The position numbers were made by a program, and so were the translations under genes. A stretch of 64,000 bases of DNA from Malacoraja senta (taxonomy: Eukaryota): the NCBI GenBank assembly GCA_038087875.1, contig JAXLNO010002317.1:2046001-2110000 (forward strand), in the 5' to 3' direction. Positions 60,630 to 64,000 of this stretch are shown one piece after another; position 1 is the first letter of the stretch, and the number at the start of each line of letters is the position of its first letter. Below the pieces are notes generated by a model. The model was not told the origin of the DNA. It saw only the letters and a list, made by a program, of their open reading frames with translations, and made no database searches.

Positions 60630-61051
60630 ATTCTACAGTGAGGGTCACATCCCTCTCTGCTGTCCCGTGTTCATTCTCCGCCACACACTGATAGACCCCG
60701 GCATCCTGCCGTGTCAGCTGAGGGAACTCCATCCACAGCTCGTTGCTGGAACGTGTTGTGTTCAGTGTGACACCAGGGGGTATGGAGAGAAGGCAGGTAC
60801 AGGATACTGAGTTGGATGATCAGCCATGATCATATTGAATGGCGGTGCAGGCTCAAAGGGCTGAATGGCCTACTCCTGCACCTATTTTCTATGTTTCTAT
60901 GTTTCTATGACACCGAGATGTCTCCACGTCAGGTTAGATGCTGGCAAACTCTGGATGGAGCAGAGGATCACTGCAGAGTTTCCTTCCTTTATACTGACCC
61001 AGGAATTGTTCACGTTGTTGGGGGAAGTGATTCAGAGATTCTGGGGGGCAT
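60630..61051 (-). pseudogene. Siglec-like copy 2, disrupted D3a exon
   Basis: Same TGA and same CR1 insertion as 34372-34793. Confidence 0.9.
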
Positions 61052-61974
61052 CTGCAAACAGATAAAACTCAGCAACCAGTTTTGCGGCACTTCCGTGACC
61101 CTTGGATTGTAAAAGACTTTAGTCTTTAGACTTTAGAGATACAGCGCGGAAAAAGGCCCTTTGGCCCACCCAGTCTGCGCCGACCATCGATCACCCGTTC
61201 ACACGTTAGTTTAGAGATACAGTGTGGAAACAGACCCTTTGACCCACCGAGTCCACACCGACTTCTATGTTTAAGGAAATTAGAGATATAGACAGTGTAG
61301 AGAGATATAGAACAAAGAATGAAAGATACGCAAAAAATTAACGATGATAAAGGAAACAGGTCATTGTTAGCTGTTTGTTGGGTGAGAACAAGAAGCTGGT
61401 GCGACTTGGGTGGAGGAGGGATGGAGAGAGAGGGAATGCCGGGGCTACCTGAAGTTAGAAAAATCAATATTCATACCACTGGGCTGTAAACGGCCCAATA
61501 TATGAGATGCTGATCCTCCAATTTGCGTTTAGCCTCCCTCTGACAGTGGAGGAGTCCTAGAAAAGTCAGTTTGGGAATGGGAAGGAGAATTAAAGTGTTT
61601 AGCAACCGGGAGATCAGGTAGGTCCTACATCTCTCTACATCATCGTCTATATCTCTCGTTTCCCTTTCCCGTGACTTTCACTCTGAAGAACGCTCTCGAC
61701 CCGAAACGTCACCCATTCCTTCTCTCCAGAGATGCTGCCTGTCCCGCTGAGTTACTCCAGCTTTTGATGTTGATTTGATTAGTATGGATGTCAGAGGTTA
61801 TGGGGAGAAGGCAGAAGAAAGGGGTTAGGAGAGATACATCAGCCATGCTTGAATGGCAGAGTAGACTTGATGGGCCGAATGGCCTAATTCTGCTCATATC
61901 GCCTATGACCTTATGTACCAGCACTGCTAATGGATTATTGCTGTTCCTGCACAATAAACGATCTCCATACTTAC

Positions 61975-62268
61975 ATTGCACAGTCATTGTGAGGATCTGC
62001 TCCGATGAGACAGTTGGGTATGTGACTCTGCAGGTGAGGTTTTGCCCGTGATGTTTGAGCGTTGGGGTCAGGGACAGAACAGAAGTATATGTCAGAGTGT
62101 CTCCCCGCTGAGTTACGCTGTGTGAGGCTGGCGGTGGTTCATCAGCGGGAGTGACCCAGGTTAAGGTGGGGGCCGTTCCATTACACGTGGTGTTGAAGGA
62201 GCAGGTCATGTTCACAGGCTGACCTGCCACCATTTCAGCAGGGAATATCGTGGGTTTATCTGTGAAAT
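61975..62268 (-). CDS. Siglec-like copy 2, C2-set domain 2 exon
   Basis: 294 bp; differs from copy 1 by K>Q (HHGQNL). Confidence 0.9.
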
Positions 62269-63258
62269 CTAACACGCACAGAAACAGATACTGTTAGTTA
62301 AATATCACTGGATACATCGGTTCACATTGTAATCCCAGTCCCACACGAGGAAGGATGTTTTTACAAGGTATAGAAGTGGGAAAACACACACCTCCAGATT
62401 ATCAAGGACCAGTCTCTCCCCGGTCACTCCCTCTTCTCACCTCTTCCACCGGGCAAGTATAGAAGGTACAGAAGTGTGAAAACGCCCACCTCCAGTTTCA
62501 GGGACAGTTTCTTCCCAGCTGTTATCAGGCAACTGAACCATCCAACTATAACCAGAGAGCGGTCCTGAACCACTATCTACCTCATTGGTGACCTTCAGAC
62601 TATCCCTGATCGGACTTTGCTGGCTTAACCTTGCACTAAACGTTATTCCCTTATCATGCAGCTGAACACTGTAAACGGCTCGATTGTAATCATGTATTGT
62701 CTTTCCGCTGACTGGATAGCACGCAACAAAAAAGCTTTCCACTGTACCACGGTACACGTGGCAATAAAATTAACTAACCAAACAAAACTAAACAAGGATG
62801 ATCCCTGAACAAGGAGGTACAATGGTCAGGGGAGGTTGAAAAGGGCGGGGATCAGGAATGTTATGATGACCTGTGATCGGGAAGATGGGGACAGAGTTCT
62901 CCACTAAGGGCAGTAAGGATAAGACAGTCATTGTTTAGTTTAGTTCAGGCTGAGTGAAGTGTAGATGGAGTCGATATTAGGAGCATTTATGGGCAATGAA
63001 AACCTGGTAATAACAGTGTAAAAACTGGAGGTGTCACGATGATCCAGAAATGAACCAGAAGGATCCTGATGCTGTGGTGTGTGTGTGTGAATAGGTAACG
63101 TGTACAGTCCAAAGTCCGATCAAGGATAGTCCGAGGGTCACCAGTGAGGTTGATGATAGTTCAGCATTGCTCTATGGTTGTGGTAGGATGGTTCAGTTGC
63201 CTGATAACAGCTGGGAAGAAAGTGTTGAGTGAATGAGTGAATTAGACAGAGCACTTAC

Positions 63259-63627
63259 CAGTAACACTGAGCCATGTTACAGTGGGGTAGTTGTAACGAT
63301 TCCCCCCTCCAAAATTAACTCTGAAATAATAAGGACCCGCATCTTGCTGCGTGACGTTGTCTATAATCAGGGAACAGTCGTTGTCTCTCAGGACACCTGA
63401 CAGCCGGGTCCGATGCTGAAACTTTGTTGATTCTCGATTGGAATACCTGGAGTGGAAGGGTACAGAACCTTCGTTGTCCTGCATCCCACTGTTAAACCAG
63501 ATTCCAGTCCGTGGTTTATTGTTCAGATTCGACGGGTACCTGTAGTGACACGGAATCCGTGCACACAAACCATTCTGCGCTGTCACATCTCGTGGAATGT
63601 CCGCTCTCCACAGTCCCGACATCACGG
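63259..63627 (-). CDS. Siglec-like copy 2, V-set exon
   Basis: 369 bp; YYFRV retained; differs from copy 1 by K>E (DNEGS). Confidence 0.9.
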
Positions 63628-64000
63628 CTGAGGAGAGAAGGAACAATCTTTAGCAGTGAACACCCTGTCAGTTCACTGGACTCACTTTCCACACCTTTTG
63701 TCCTGCGCTGTGGACCTGGTGTGTGGAGCGTAGAAGAGCGGCATGGTGGTGTAGTGGTAGAGCCTCCCTCCTCACCGCCCCTCCCACAGTGTGTCACTCC
63801 CTCCTCACTACTCCTCCCACAGTGCTTCACTCCCTCCTCACCGCCCCTCCCAGTGTGTCACTCCCTCCTCACCGCCCCTCCCACAGTGTGTCACTCCCTC
63901 CTCACCGCCCCACCCACATTGTGTCACTCCCTCCTCACCGCCCCTCCCAGTGTGTCACTCCCTCCTCACCGCCCCTCCCAGTGTCACTCCCTCCTCACAG

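Larger units (their letters stand above)
46876..64000 (-). repeat. Inverted near-identical copy of 31425-41926 carrying one extra exon+intron unit
   Basis: 46876 onward is the reverse complement of sequence ending at 41926, and the window end maps to ~31425. The ORF track shows mirrored ORFs, with the 34.8-41.3 kb intron present twice. Confidence 0.97.

Noticed and set aside
31796-63627. Positive selection inferred from K>E and K>Q differences between the two gene copies
   Set aside because: Too few substitutions for any test, and the copies may be alleles.

Overview
Repeat-dense vertebrate DNA, most likely a cartilaginous fish such as a skate or ray. This is inferred from HE1-like V-SINEs plus abundant CR1, Rex1 and Penelope copies; I did not run a database search. 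The only host gene I can support is a Siglec/MAG-like Ig-superfamily lectin on the + strand. It has a signal-peptide exon (CDS 29817-29856), a V-set exon retaining the sialic-acid-binding Arg motif YYFRV (31796-32164), a C2 exon (33155-33448), and three paralogous third-domain exons: disrupted (34372-34793), intact (41341-41622) and disrupted (44384-45298). After a 200-N gap (46676-46875), 46876-64000 is a near-identical inverted copy of 31425-41926. That copy carries one extra ~6.4-7 kb exon+intron unit with an intact hybrid Ig exon, and could be a real palindrome or a mis-oriented second haplotype. No transmembrane or cytoplasmic exon was found. The first 30 kb hold several notable elements: a ~3.7 kb foldback palindrome with a GC-rich, E-box-rich core (4781-8470); an ERV env remnant with its 3' LTR (8471-9600); a degenerate DIRS1-like tyrosine-recombinase retrotransposon with full terminal architecture (20469-24525); roughly two dozen Penelope-associated minimal hammerhead-ribozyme motifs across the window, several in short palindromic insertions with 10-15 bp TSDs; L2, RTE, Tx1 and Vingi-like LINE fragments; and several non-autonomous DNA transposons. 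All coordinates were counted by eye, so repeat boundaries are approximate.
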